Below are positions 1 through 14,438 of a DNA stretch of 64,000 nucleotides, in pieces (the first letter of the stretch is position 1; each line of letters starts with the position of its first letter). Position numbers and translations under genes: made by a program. The notes under the pieces are model-generated. The model ran no database searches and was not told where the DNA came from. It saw nothing but the letters and a program-made list of their open reading frames with translations. This DNA is from Eledone cirrhosa (lineage: Eukaryota), in assembly GCA_964016885.1 (NCBI GenBank), contig OZ024743.1, positions 282,224,001 through 282,288,000 on the forward strand, read 5' to 3'.

Positions 1-1380
1 GATCTCACAACCTCTGTCCAGGTCTTTCTTGATCTACCTCTACTGCAACTTCCTTCCACTGGCATTTCCTGGCACTTCTTCACCTAACAATCATTGTCCA
101 TGCGCACCACATGACCAAACCAACGTAGTCTTTTCTCCTGCACACCACCTTGGATTTCTCTTAAACCCAGCTTCTCCTTCAACTTGTCCAAGCTCTGCCT
201 CTCTCTCACACTTACATTGCACATCAAATAGAGCATGGTTGCTTCACTTCTCTCCAGTCTACACATGTCCACTGCAGTCACAGCCCATGTTTCACTACCA
301 TGCAATATCGCACTTTGCACACACGCATCATAGTTGTCTTTTTGTATGGAGAGAGAATCCTGTTGTTGACAATAGTGGGACTAGCTCTCTGAACTTCTTC
401 CATCCTATCCTTATTCTAGCTATTATGCACTCAGAGCACCACCACCCCTCTTTTGCTAATTATGTTGCCTAGATAGCAGAAGCTATCAAGCACTTCTATG
501 AGTCCTTCCTATGACTGGAATAGGCTTACATTACTGGTTATCTTCCCCTCAGTCACCCCTGTACATCCTCAACAAAGTCTTCCCTTCCTGTGAGCTTACT
601 CTTTATCTCACTACATCTCTTGTGTACCCAAGATTTACATTGTGTACATCATATGGAGTTTATGCCTACTCCCTTTCTACATATTGAGCAGGGCCACTTC
701 CCTGAAATAATCAGGGTCTTATCTTCTCTCCTACTCACTAGCACTTTAGTTTTGGCTAAGTTTACTCTTAGGCCTTTTAATTCTAAGTTTTATTTCCAGA
801 GTCAGAACTTATTTTTTAGTTCTTTAATGGTTTCAGCTATAAGGACTAAGTCATCTGCATAGAGAAATTTGTATGGGCAGCCAGTCTTAAAATCCTCTGT
901 TATAGCTTGGAGGACTATAATGAATAGTAGTAGGCTAAGAACCAAACCTTGATGAACTCCTACTTGTACCTTGAATTCCTCACTAAACTCATTTCCTACT
1001 CTCACTTTGCTAACAGCTTCTCTATACATGATGTGCACTTCTCTCCCCAACCATTCTTCTACACCTAATTTCCTTAGGGACCACCAGATAATAGATCAGG
1101 GTACTCTGTCAAACACTTTCTCTAGGTCAACGGAAGTTAGGTATAGTGGCTTATTTTTGGCTAAGAACTTCCTTTGTAGTTACCTCACTAAAAAGAGGGC
1201 ATCTGTTGTACTTTTCCCATGCATGAACCCAAACTGCATCTCATCTAATTTGACTCTTTCACTAATTAGTTGCACTATAACTCCTTCCATCACTTTCACA
1301 ACTTGGTCCATTAGTTTTATTCCTCTATAGTTGCTCCTCTCTAGGGCATCACCTTTGCCCTTGTAGCAATTTATAATTGT
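1..1380 (-). mobile_element. Decayed RTE-clade LINE (RT region)
   Basis: Frame-broken ORFs with NYRGIKL, QFGF, GVHQG, LYADD and LHGSETW motifs. Confidence 0.9.
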
Positions 1381-2091
1381 ACTGGAAGCCAAAATCAGTT
1401 CCTGTATGAGCAAAGCATGGTCAGCCGACCAGACACTGCCCACAACAGGACAACCTGTCTAACCTATGCTTGCATGGAAGAATGGACGTAAAACGGTGAT
1501 GATGATGATGACTGGAAACAAACTCATACAACAGGATTTAAAACTTGATTGGCCAACATAGCTTACGTAAGACAATAGACATCCTGTTTGTAGCTATGAT
1601 ATAGTGTTTCTTGTTTTAATTATTGTTGGGAAGGGAACAAACATTTTGGGGTTTGACATTTGGGTAGGTCTCAAACAGTCTCAGTTTTCTTTTGCAGTGA
1701 TTGGAATAAATATATATATATATATATGGAGGCACATGGCTTAGTGGTTAGATCATTGGCCTTGCAATCGAAAGGTTGTGAGTTCAAAGTGGTCGTGGAG
1801 GTGCCACGGCAAAAAAGCACCTAGCCCACAATGTAAAGTGGTCGTGGAAGTGCCACGCCAAAAAAGCACCCAGCACTCACTGTAAATGAGGTTGGTGTTA
1901 GGAAGGGCATCCGGCTGTAGAAATCAAGCCAGAATCAGTTCCCGTCCCACCCTTGCAAGCAGGGAAAAGCAGACATAAAATGATGATAAAATGACAATAT
2001 ACTTTGAAACAAGAAATTGGAGTATAAATCTGCAATCTGTCACATGTGCATATGAAAGAGAGAGAAAGTATGTATGTGAGTGTGAGAGAAA

Positions 2092-2431
2092 TCATCATCA
2101 TCATTTTACATCCGCTTTTCCCTGCTTGCAAGGGTGGGACAGGAACTGATTCTGGCTTGATTTCTACAGCTGGATGCCCTTCCTAACACCAACCTCATTT
2201 ACAGTGAGTGGAGGGTGCTTTTTTGCCGTGGCACCTCCACGACCACTTTGCAATTTGAATGATATGGACCCCAGTCCCTATCATCTCATTTCTACAGCTA
2301 AGTAAACTGGAGCAATGTGAAATAAAGTATCTTGCTCAAGGAAACAACACATCACCCGGTCTGAGAATTGAACTCACAACCTTTCGATTGCAAGGCCAAT
2401 ACTCTAACCACTAAGCCATGTGCCTCCATAA
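2092..2431 (-). mobile_element. tRNA-headed SINE with RTE-derived 3' tail (relatives 1729-1990 +, 47310-47585 -)
   Basis: Head GGAGGCACATGGCTTAGTGGTTAGAG..GTGAGTTCAATTC with A/B boxes; tail shared with the RTE 3' UTR and (GAT)n. Confidence 0.82.
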
Positions 2432-4125
2432 AGAAAGAGTATATATATATATGTGTGCATGTTTGTCTTGATTTCTAAAAAGGAAAATTCCAAAATGTTT
2501 TCAATAATCTTTAGCTGCCTGTTTCGGAATTATCATCATCACTTTACATCTGCTTTTCTATATTGACTTGGATTAGACAGGTTGTTATACACTAAGTCAA
2601 GCTTAATTGGAGCTACTGTCCTCCTAGATGTGTCTGGGGTTGTCTCACTCAGATATTTTGTTTTGGCATGGTTTCTACAGTTGAATGCTCTTCCTAATAC
2701 TTAGTAAAATACTAAGTGTAATGAGCTCAGCTTATCAGGGAATGAGCACTAGAGAGGTTATTTTTAATTCAACTGAATAGTCTGAAATACGTTGTTTTCG
2801 GCATAATACTTGATATATAAGGATCACTAAACCTTATATCAGTGCTCCAGTAACTCCAGTCTTGGAAATTGTTTTATACCGAACATAATATTTACGGTAA
2901 AAAATGCTTGCATTAATACTTTTAACATGATTTCTATGACAGTATACCCTCCCTAGTGCCATCCAGTTTACAGAGTGTACTGGGTGCATTTTATCATGGG
3001 ACCAAACAATGTTATGTTTTTTTAATGTATCAAATATTCAAAACTATAAAGCCAGAAAAATAACATTTCTAATTATGTTGCCTAGATAGCATTTGGTTGT
3101 GTAAGAACTTCATTTTGCAAGGTTGTGATTTCAGGTTTGGCTCCACTGCCTGGCACCTTGGATAAGTGTCTTTTATAGAATTTGGTTGACTAATAGCTTG
3201 TGAGTGCATTTGGTAGAAACTGTAAGGAAGTCTGATACAGATACTTATCTACATACCAACTATTACAGTTCCCTTGAAGAGGCCAGCTACTGCCCAGTGA
3301 CCTGACAATATGACCTAATTCTACATATCCCCCAGAAAATGATTTATTTATTGAAAAAAAAATCCTTTTCCCTGAAAAAGTTTGGAGAGATCACAAGCTG
3401 AAACTGCAAAACTCACAGTCAGACTTTTATCTCATTACACATTTAGTACTACTCCATTTTGTGGTCTTCCCACTTTTTGCAATATAGATACTTCATATAT
3501 ATATATAAACAGACATAAAACTGTGATGATGATGATGTGTGTGTGTATGTGTGTTTTGTCTCTATTCATACTCTTATCTGTTCCACCTCAATAGGCTCTG
3601 GCTTATTTCATTAAGGCACCACTTAAGGAAAAACAGTGGCATTTGTTTATGTCCTGTGGCTTGGCAGTTAAATTGGTGAAGATTAGTGGAATATGTACTA
3701 TATTTAAAGATAATTAAGGGTTGGCATCAGAAAGGGCCATATAATACTGCCTTAAAAAATCTATACCAGAATGGAAAAGCAGGTATATTGATGATGATGA
3801 TGATAATGAAGATGGATAATAACAATGAATTGGAAGATACAATAACATAAACCAATTTCCTATCCTCAGGTTTTTCATCCATAACTATTCTATTTTGAAT
3901 GTCAGGATATTAAATTTGTCAGTGCAGGCCACCATTTCATTATGTCAGTTGAAGAAGCATTCATCATCATTGTTTTTATATCCATTTTTCCATGCTGGCA
4001 TGGGTTGGGATATTTTGAGACAATGTTTTTTTTACAGTTGGATGCCTTTACTGATACTAACCTTTTAGTCACTTCATATGACATGCAGGTATACTAAAAA
4101 GTGATACACAATTTATATTACATAA

Positions 4126-5171
4126 TTCACCAGGGCTCCGTTCTTAGCCCCCTCCTGTTTATTATTGTCCTACAGGCTATAACAGAGGGGTTTAAGACTG
4201 GCTGTCCATGGGAACTTCTATATGCAGATGATCTAACTCTCATAGCTGAATCCATGGCTGAACTAGAGGGGAAGTTCCAAACATGGAAGCATGGCCTGGG
4301 TGACAACATCAGCAGTGGAGGGAGTGGGGGGGGGGGGGGGGGGGCTCTGAAAGTGTAGTAGCCAGAATTAGAGCAGGAGGGAAAAAGTTCAGAGAGCTAA
4401 TACTGCTGTTGGCCACAAGGAGTTTTTCTCTAAAAATGAAAGTCAGATTGTATGATGTATGTATACGAATGGCGATATTACATGGTAGTGAGACTTGGGC
4501 ACTGCATGCCGAAGACCTGCATAGATTAGAAAGAAATGAAGCTTACATGCTCCGATGGATATGTAATAGTAATGTGCGCGAAAGGCGAAGCATAAACAAA
4601 TTAAGAGAGAGACTAAGCATTAGAGGTATCAAATGTTGTGTTCTGGAGAGGAGATTGCGTTGGTATAAAGGACGACAACTGTATAAAAAAAGTGCAGGGC
4701 AATGAAAATTGATGGAAGCTCCAGAGTGGGTAGACCAAGAAAAACCTGGGACAAGGTGATAAAAGCTGACCTTGCTCACCTACACCTCTCAAAGACAATG
4801 TCACTGGATCGAGACTTTTGGCGCCATGCAGTTGTACAGAAGACCCAAATGCCATTGCATACAAACCTAGTCAGTAGGCACATCTTAACCCAATGTACAC
4901 CCCACCATCATACCCTACCCCATCCTCCTTCTCCCGTTCCGTCCACTGTGTTGATGACACAACAGTCCACACTGTTAGGTGGCCATGTAGGAGACACGGT
5001 GAAAAGGCTCCCAGTCCACACTGTAAATGTGGTTTGTGTTAGGAAGAGCATCCAGCTGTAAAAAAGCCTGCCAGAGACACTTCCGTCGAGCGAGACATGG
5101 TCTCCCGACCATTCCCGCATCAAATGGAACAAAACTGTTTAACCCATGCTAGCGTGGAAGATGGACGTTAA

Positions 5172-5202
<31 letters not shown>
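4126..5202 (+). mobile_element. 5'-truncated RTE LINE with (GAT)n tail
   Basis: HQGSVLSPLLF, LYADD, GRPRKTW motifs; ends in ATGATG repeats; internal deletion over the PHD-like segment. Confidence 0.9.
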
Positions 5203-5204
<2 letters not shown>

Positions 5205-5650
5205 ATCCCTTCTAAAAAATATTCCTATGAACTATCTAGATAGATCCTATTATTCATTTTTGTCTGTAAGAAGGACCACAAAAGGCTACCAACATTTCAA
5301 GTCATAAAAACGAAATAAGAAAAAAAGAAAAATTTTAAACGAAGAACAAGAAACTGTCATATAACCAGTTTGACTAAAAAATATTTTTTTGATGCAATAC
5401 AATAAACTAACTTTATTGTTATTTATGTGTCAGTCCTTTTAAAAATGAGAAGCAATATGACAGGTTTCCTTACATTTTCCACCTATCAAAATCACTCACA
5501 AGGCATTGGTCAGCCCGAGGTTATAGTTGAAGATACTAGCCTAAGGTGCCATGCTATATAACTGAATCTGAAACCTTAGGAGATTTAAATTTTATGAGAA
5601 CCATTTGTTAAGTTATGTTCCAAACACCAGATAAATATGGAAAGAGTTAA

Positions 5651-5857
5651 TCTCCTTATAATATATAACCAGCAATTTCTCTGTCTGTCTGTCCGACAGT
5701 GGAAACACGTGCGCGCGTGCGAATGTTTTTTGCGCACGCGTAGAGAGAGAGTGAGAGAGTGAAAGAAAGAGACAGACTACAAGAGGGGGATAGCGGGAGG
5801 GAGAGAGGGGGGAATTGAGGAGTGCTACAGAAACATATATACATTTCTGTGTGTGTG

Positions 5858-5940
<83 letters not shown>

Positions 5941-6039
5941 GAAATATATATATATACACACAGAAATATATATACATTTCTGTGTGTGTAATATATATAT
6001 ATATACACACAGAAATATATATACATTTCTGTGTGTGTA

Positions 6040-6070
<31 letters not shown>

Positions 6071-6767
6071 GAAATATATATACATTTCTGTGTGTGTAAT
6101 ATATATATATACACACACAGAAATGTATATATATTTCTGTGCGTATATATATATTACACACACAGAAATGTATATATATTTCTGTGTGTGTATACACACA
6201 GAAATATATATACATCCCTTAGCTACTGTACTGTATCTGTTGCTATCTCTCTCTCTCTCTCCAGCTATCCCTCTCTTTTAGTCTGTCTGTTTCTCTCACT
6301 CTCACTCTTTCTCTTTGTAACACACTAACATTCCTTCCCTCTATCGCTGTGACGTATGGGGAGGAGGAGGAGAGAGTCACTTCACCTCTGCCTTTCTTTC
6401 TCTCCCCTCTCACTCCCTCATTACGTACAGACATTAGGGCGGTGGATTGGCGGAATCTGTAGAGAGTCGGACACCATGCTTCATAGCATGGAGTTACGTC
6501 CCTTTACGGTCTGAGTTCAAATACCGCCGAGGTCAACTTTGCCTTTCATCTCACGGGGTCGATAAAATAAAGTACCAGTAATGTACTGGGTAATTGCTGG
6601 CCTTGTGCCAAAAGTAGAAACAATTATTAGAAACATTGCTTCATTTTTACATATTAGTAAAATAACTAATAATTTCAAAAGTAATTTTTCAATTCCAATT
6701 GTTATGAACAGCAAAACATTAATAATAATTTTGTTCTAAGAAATATATATACATTTCTGTGCGTGTA

Positions 6768-6800
<33 letters not shown>

Positions 6801-6826
6801 GAAATATATATACATTTCTGTGTGTG

Positions 6827-6873
<47 letters not shown>

Positions 6874-8212
6874 GAAATATATGGGCATTTCTCTGTCTGT
6901 CCTTCCCTAAAACTCAAATGTAGGTGCTACAGAAATATTACCTTCCCCTTCCTTTCTCCACTTTGGTACTACCAAGAGAAACACTGTCGCTATAGAAACA
7001 TTACCTTCCCCTCTCCACTGACTTTGGTCACTGAGGCCGAGGGAATCGCTGGTTGCTATAGAGACACCTTGCACAAGCCAGAAGTAACCAGTTCGAGGCG
7101 GTTCTGACTTGACACCATGCCAAGTCTACTTATAATATATAATGGGCATTTCTCTGTTTGTTTGTCTGTCTGTCCGTCTGTAAAAAATGCCAAGGAAACA
7201 AATAGACGCGGTTTCAAATCTCTATGCTTTTCAAATTCATTACATTAATCTTTATTTATACGTTTCGCTTTACGAGTGTTTCGGCTTATCATTATATATA
7301 AACGTTTCTATTTCCATCGTTTTATCGTAAACGTTTATATATTTCCATCGTTGTATCATAACGTTTATGTATCATAACGTTTATATTTCCGTCACTAATC
7401 TCTTTTTCTCCTTTTTCGTTTTAACATATATTTATTTCAAAGATTTCACCGTATAGATAACATATATATTTATACATGCATAAAAGACACACCGAGAGAC
7501 GGTGAACATGTGGTGTCGAAAACATTTCTCATCCAAATCTCAACAATATCAGTATATACACTAGATTTGCTAGCAGAAAACCGCCCACCGGGTGGTTTTC
7601 TACTAGTCTATATATCTAAAACAGAGAATGTCTGTCTGCCCGCTCACTAAAACTCGAGAACCCCCCAACTAAATGTTTTCAATACTTATGGTCCTGCGAG
7701 TGTTTTGAGAAAAGAAAATTTCAAATTTTCAATGCCCTAGGGACCACATTAGGTGATTTAGTGATCTCTCTCTATAATTCTTAGTCTTTCTCTTTTTAGA
7801 TAGATACATAGATATAACGTTGCGCCCTTATAATATCTGTCTGTATATCTGGCTGTCTGCATTACGACACTATGACGCGGTGTGTGTTGTGTGTGTATAT
7901 GTATATATAGTGTGTATACATATATATAGTGTGTAACATTTTTCGAAATATTTACTTCTGCGTTCACAGATTGATTTTTTTAGTTTCAGAAGATCACGTT
8001 AAGGGTGAAAGCAGCGATTCTTTGCTTAAACTTTAATCTGTTTTTTTTAATATATATATATATATATATATTCGTGTACAGATATTTTTGCATACACAAT
8101 AACAAAATATAAATAAACGTATTTATTTCACAAGGCTCGATAAGGATAAATATATATCAAATATATAAGAACCCTAGAGCAAATCCCGAACAACGCTGGG
8201 CCATTCTGCTAG
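5651..8212 (+). mobile_element. Head-to-tail train of three non-autonomous Helitron-like units (5651-7124, 7125-7606, 7607-8212)
   Basis: A|TC start; each unit begins TC(T)..TATA.ATA then (TCTG)n; units 2 and 3 end in hairpin+CTAG; the final CTAG is followed by T. Confidence 0.7.
5826..6215. repeat. Composite minisatellite of inverted CACACAGAAAT/ATTTCTGTGTG units with (TA)n spacers (also 6737-6880)
   Basis: Directly visible; explains the YIYI low-complexity ORFs. Confidence 0.9.
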
Positions 8213-8333
8213 TTATTAATAAATCCCTCTAAATTCTTGATTATTTTCAAAATGATTTAAAAATCATCGGCTGTGTATTTCTTTAGAAATATGGTAATAA
8301 AAGGGGTAAATGCGAGCTACTACACAGTTTTAA

Positions 8334-8670
8334 CCCTTTTCTTACTATGTTTCTAATGAAAGAGACTGCTTGTGATTTCCAAATTATTTTGAAAATAATC
8401 AAGAATTGGTGAAAACTAACTTTTACATGATTAAGTCAGTTTTTTGAAGTACAACTCAACAAAGCTCCTACATAGATTTATGATGAAGGATTTTTAAAGA
8501 GCATGACACGATCATCTGATCTGGCTTGTCTCACAATGGGACAACTCGTCTAACCCATGGTAACATAGAAAAATGGATGTTAAACAGTGATGATGAAACA
8601 CTTTAAAAGAAATAGTTTTGTTGTCATAGAACTAGAGCCACTTTTAGGCAGTTTAATATCAAAGGGGTTT
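8334..8670. mobile_element. piggyBac-type MITE family B (degenerate; relatives near 14810, 25343, 33760-34026, 35650-35864, 43183-43380)
   Basis: TTAACCCTTTT(C/G)TTAC(T/C)AT.TTTCTAATGAAA end recurs across the window. Confidence 0.65.
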
Positions 8671-11509
8671 TAAACTACAAGCCATGCTGCCAAAACAACA
8701 CACTTGTCTTGCAACTTGAAGAAATTGGTCAGGGTCAATGACAATTTCTATTTAAAAAAATAAAAAAATCTGTAAAACTGTGATGTTTTTTTTTCTTCTT
8801 TAAAATGTTTAATATTGTCTGTTTTTGTACTTGCTTCACTTTTCTCTTTTATTCATCATCAGAGAACTAAAAGACTCCAGCAGCAACAACAACTAACTGG
8901 ATGATAGAAAATAGTGGAGGGAGGAAGGGGTCTGTAGAAGAATTTGGGATTTGCTCCAAAAAAGCAAAATGTTCTCCATTTCACAAAGGTTTACTTGATC
9001 TTCAAAGAGAGAAAGAAAGGTTATCTATTCATTGCATGAATCTAAACAAATGAGAATGAGAAGGGGAGTGGAAAGAACTAATGGGAAAGAGAAGTGTGTG
9101 GGATGGTTGGAGGGGACTTTCTCTCTCAAAGATAAAAAACATTCTTATTTATCAACTACCCAGAAACAGTAAAATTGACATAAATTCTCTTACACCCCAG
9201 TGCTTCCCCTATACCTCTGTGACATATAACCCAGCTTTATCTTGAGAAAAACTATAATCATCATCTGTAAAGGATATCTGAGTCTGTTTCTTAAATTTCA
9301 AAATCCTCTTTCTCTCTCTCTCTCTTTCTACACATACACACATATATATATCCTTCCCACCCTCCCTCTATCTATGTTTACCTTTCTCTATCTCTCTTTT
9401 CTCAGTCTAGTTATCTCTCCCTTGCTCCCATCATCCTCTTTCTCAGCTCTCTCTCTCTAGTTGTCCATTTATCTATCTCTCACCCCTTTTCTTTCTACTG
9501 AAATTCTCAAGGCAATAATAGGTTTAGTAAGCCAGGCTAGACCTAGCTGAAACAATTCATATCCTTCTGTCACATCGGGATCAAATTACAGTACAAAAGC
9601 TCTAATACAACAGAGGACATTCACCATCATCCGCAAGCTGTCAGTAACCATATGAGAACACCAAATAGTAGTATTTCAGAATCTTTATCCATCTTTAGCA
9701 ACATTTACTCACAGCTTATTTTGCATCAGTACCTTGTGAGTGAATGTCACTGAAGATGGATAAAAATCCTGATAAGGTAGCTGTGACATGATCACAGCAA
9801 GACTTCTATATGTTTATTATACATAAACTTATATATGCTTTCATTTACACCTCTATTCTGAATCATGCTGCATTAGTGTTAGTGCTAATCAATATTAGTA
9901 TTTCCATACATACTGCGTGTTCCAAAAGATTTGATTTATTAAGAAACAAACCAATTATAGAAAATATAAGCACTTTACAGAGTGTACACTAGGGAGGTTG
10001 TTGTACACTTCATATAACCCTATGTTTGGCAAGTTTTCTATGACTGGATGCCCTTCTTAACAACAACCGTTTTACTGAGTGTACTGGGTGGGTTTTATCA
10101 TGACACCAACACTGAAGAGGTTGTCAGGTCATGACTAAAGGGTCCTCACAATCCTTTTTGGCATGGTTTCTATGGTTGGGAGCCCATCTTAACACCAACC
10201 ACTTTACAAAGTATACGGAGTCCATTTCATTGTGGCACAAGCACTAGAGAGGTTAACATGCTCTTAACACAACTGAAGGGTCTTTCTTCTCAACCCTATA
10301 TTTGGCATGGTTTCTACAGCAGGGTGCTCTTCTTAACACCAACCACTTTTCAGAGTGCACTGTGTGCATTTTATTGTGGCACCAGCTCTATGGACATTAT
10401 CAGTCATTGACTTGACTGAAAAGCCCTCTCTGCCCTATAGCGAGTGAGGTGGGAGGTTTTATCCCAAGATAGTGTATATAGAGAGTGAGGATGGGGATTA
10501 GTATGATATGGATGTATGACAACAAGTTGAGGGAGATATGGAAGGTTGACAAGTATGATGTGAATATGACAGGTGTGGTGGGATCTGGCATGATGAGGAG
10601 AGGGAAGATGAGGAGTGGGAGAGTGGAAGTATTCTCTGATGAAGCAGGTTGATACAGTGATGATGAGGGTAGTTGTTAAAAAAATGATGGTGTGGAGGAA
10701 TATGAGCAGATTGGGATAGGCCAGGTAATATCTGCACTGAAGATGCTTTAGGTGGAGGGAGCAAATACTATAGCAGAAATTGCCAATACTACACTTGCTA
10801 TTCCCCTTCCATACACACGTACACATGTATATCATGACTCATACACTGTTCACTTTCCTGACATTTGTACATTATTCTATGTACTATACATGCACCTTTG
10901 ATGAGTTGTATGCACCTGAGCACTGTACACAATAATTTCATTATCAAATGGAGGAGGGGTCATCTCATTTTTGCAAATATTACATGTCTAAAACTGAAGA
11001 AATTTTACCTCTACCAATTATTTTACTTTTACTTTTTATTCTCCCATTATCATTATCCTTTCTATCATCATCTATTTTACATCCACTTTTCCACACTGGC
11101 ATGGGTTGAATGTTATCAAACTTCAGCCAACCCTTCCTCCACAGAACAGTATTTCTATGGAACTCCCTTCATTGTACATGTTTTTCCTGCAATTCTCAAT
11201 TTACAATTGATCAAAAATTAGCTGCATCAATCACACAGGTCAAAATGTTGACACCACAAGAAATACATGAAAGTTTAATAAAAATGGTGGTAGTGGGGCA
11301 ATGAGAAATTATGAGGGACAAAGCTAGTAGAAAAAAAGAAAAGCAGATTTCTCTACTAATTATCAAGACACTTTCTAAAGTGGTCAATATAATGGGGGAC
11401 CTAGATATCAGTTCAGTGTCTAACAAACACAATTATAACAATTCAATTGGTGGTGGAACAGTAGTAAATAACATTTCTAGCTCTATGGGAGGTTGGCTAC
11501 TGATGTTAC

Positions 11510-11655
11510 TGTTATTGTTGTTGATGATGATGGTGGTGCCAACGACAATGATGGTGATGATGATGGTAGTGGTGGGTGGTGGTGCCAATGACAATGATGA
11601 TTATGGTAAGGGTGATGATGATGATGGTGGTAGTGGTGACGATGATGATGATAAT
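11510..11655. repeat. (GAT/GGT)n microsatellite
   Basis: Directly visible. Confidence 0.9.
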
Positions 11656-13753
11656 GGAAAAAAAATAGTATATTTCAACAGACAATAAGTCCGATTTCAT
11701 TTTAAGAGTACAATTCCAAAGGGAATTTGGACTGATTATTTAAAATAGGAAAGTCAGCTGACAGCAAAACAATTGCTCCCAGTGGACAGCAATGTGTGAT
11801 AAAACTATGTTGGGAGAGAAAGAAATAAGAACAACAACAATGGGTTATCTGAGAAAAAGCAATGTGTTATCTTTTTAACCAATAGATTTTATATTTCAAG
11901 GGGAGTTGTACTTGTTTGTCAAGTAACTTAACCTTTTTCATATCAAAATACATGATACTGCTCCTTGTTCTGTGATATAAAATTGTTTGTTTTACCTAAA
12001 AAAAAATTCTATCTTAATTTTATCTAAGAAATCTTAAAGTTATGCGCAAAACAGCAGCTTAACTATAGGGTTGGGAGGACTCTTTAGTTATGTCAAAAAC
12101 ATGACACTCTCCCTATTGCTGGTGATCTACACAATAAAAGCACCCAGTACACACTGTAAAGATTGCCAAACAAGGGGTTAGGAGGATCCTTCAGTTTGTG
12201 TCAGAAGACACAACAACTTCTCTGCACTCAGTAATGACAGTACGTAAGTGGGATACAGACCTCCTTGGCCTGTCTGGAATATCAGTGGTCCCACTTCAGT
12301 ACTGACTTAGTCTATGTAAACCCGTTCAACCCTTGCTAGGAGGGAAAATGGACAGATGTTGATGATGATGATGACGAAGGACCTTGACAAGAGGAGAGAT
12401 GCTGTGCTGAATAGGACCCATCCCTCCCTTGCAAGCAGGGAAAAGCGGATGTAATATGATGATGATGATGATAGTGCATGAACAATGAAACACAGATGAG
12501 CTAAGAAAGAAACTAGGTTATATGAGGAACTAGATGTAGCATGTAAAGAGATGATTGTGCTGTTACAGACATATACTGTGTATGGATGATGATTGTTGAA
12601 TGAAGAAGTGCCAGGAGTTTCAAGTGGAAGGAAAACCAAGAAAGATTTAGACAGAAGTGGCAAAAGCTGATCTCAAGAAACTGGACTGCAGAAAGGAGAT
12701 GATAAAAGAAAAAAACAAGTGGAGAGACGCTGTACTAAAGATGACTCTTCTAATCTATGCTTGCACTGAATAACAGAAGTAAAAACAATGATGATATAAT
12801 TGCATATGTAGAGAACACTACTCTAGATGCTAGACACAGCAGCTATATCTCCCTGAAATTAGACCCCACTGTCTCAGATAAAGGACTCATTAGATAATGT
12901 AGTCCTCCATAACCTTCAAGATGGGATCATCATGACTGTAATGCTTTTGATCACAGGTTTGATCACTCAGGACTAAACAACATTTCACTGGATTTGTAAA
13001 AGAACTGATGAAGGCTTAAAAAAAGCTCAAGGGGGTTGACATCAGAGAAACCCTGATCTATACAAACAAAAAGAAAGTGTACAAGGGTGTCTATATGTGA
13101 ATTTTTGGGGGTATGTGCATGTGAATACATATTTGAAAATACTGGTTGCCCTAACATTTTAGATGTTTGCCTCCTCCTGGTAAAGAGAACAATAGAATGT
13201 CTGGCAATGTTTGCCACATTTTATGCTCATGTAAAATGTCTCTGACATGTTTTTCCGTTTTGTTTTTGTGTTTTTTTGTTTTTTTAATCCTACATGTACA
13301 AAGAATCAAATTTCAAAGGCTGCTAGATGGAATGTTATAAATGGAAAGAGAAATCTGATTGCAACAAGAATTCCATTTATATTTTTTTATCATTAGTCCT
13401 GCTAGTCCTGCATTATGATATCTAGTTAGGGTGGATTGGCAGTATCGGTAGAGGGTCGGACGCCATGCTTTCCAGCATAATTACGTCCCTTCACGATCTG
13501 AGTTCAAATCCCACCGAGGTTGACTTTGCCTTTCATCCTTACGGGGTCGATCAAATAAAGTACCAGTAATGCACTGGGTATTTGCTGGCCTTGTGCCTAA
13601 AGTAGAAACAATTATGATATCTAGTTAACACTGCAAAGTCTGCATCATCATAAAGACATCTATAAAAAATGCCTCAGCCCTCCCACCAACCAACAACTTG
13701 AGGGTTACCTCTACAAAGCTCAGATGAGACCCATGTTTGAGGCAGTGCTACTG

Positions 13754-13796
<43 letters not shown>

Positions 13797-14217
13797 TACA
13801 CACACACAGATACATACACTAGGCTTCATCCCCCAAAAAAGTCACTTGATTGATTGGCATATGTAATAATTTTTTAACCCTATAACATAAACAGGAAAGC
13901 TAGTTATCTTGATTTCAGAGGATAGAGGTTTGGAAGCAAAGAAGAAGCACAACAAGCTGTAAAGATGCATAGCAGACATTTAAATAATATGAAAAGCTAT
14001 CACCTGAGGGTTAAGAAGTAACATAGTAATGGTCAGAAACATATGTTGTAGAGTTGGAAGGAACATGATTTCTGATTTACAGATATAGAGGATGATATTG
14101 GCCTTGAACCATTCAGTTCTGAATTCCAATACTACAAAGGTCAACTTTATCTTTTATTCCATTAAAATTGATGAAATAACTACTGATAATATAGCATAAC
14201 AAAATCAATTAACTTAA

Positions 14218-14438
14218 CCCTTTAGCATTTAAACTGACCATATCTGGCCAAAATTCTCTCACTTCTTTCTGTTCAAATTAGCCATCACCAGCCCCTCATA
14301 CTGACGTTAACGTATTGTTCTCAAAATAAATAATATCAAAATCTCATAGATTTGATATTATGTGAAATAATTATGTGATATAAAGCCTTTACTGTGAAAA
14401 TACAATAGTAAATATAGAGTAATGTAAATGCTAAAGGG
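14218..14438. mobile_element. piggyBac-type MITE
   Basis: TTAA|CCCTTTAGCATTTA ... TAAATGCTAAAGGG|TTAA. Confidence 0.88.

Noticed and set aside
1729-1790. tRNA-like heads (also 2360-2431, 32275-32340, 6437-6530)
   Set aside because: SINE heads with no complete cloverleaf.
3257-3314. AG..GTATGT-bounded minus-strand segment containing AGLFK
   Set aside because: Only superficial similarity to the NAA35 C-terminus; the boundary does not match and intervening exons are missing.
5613-6328. Long YIYI/THTE ORFs on both strands
   Set aside because: Stop-free translation of TA/CA microsatellites.
11311-11700. Poly-M/D/G/H ORFs
   Set aside because: (GAT/GGT)n microsatellite.
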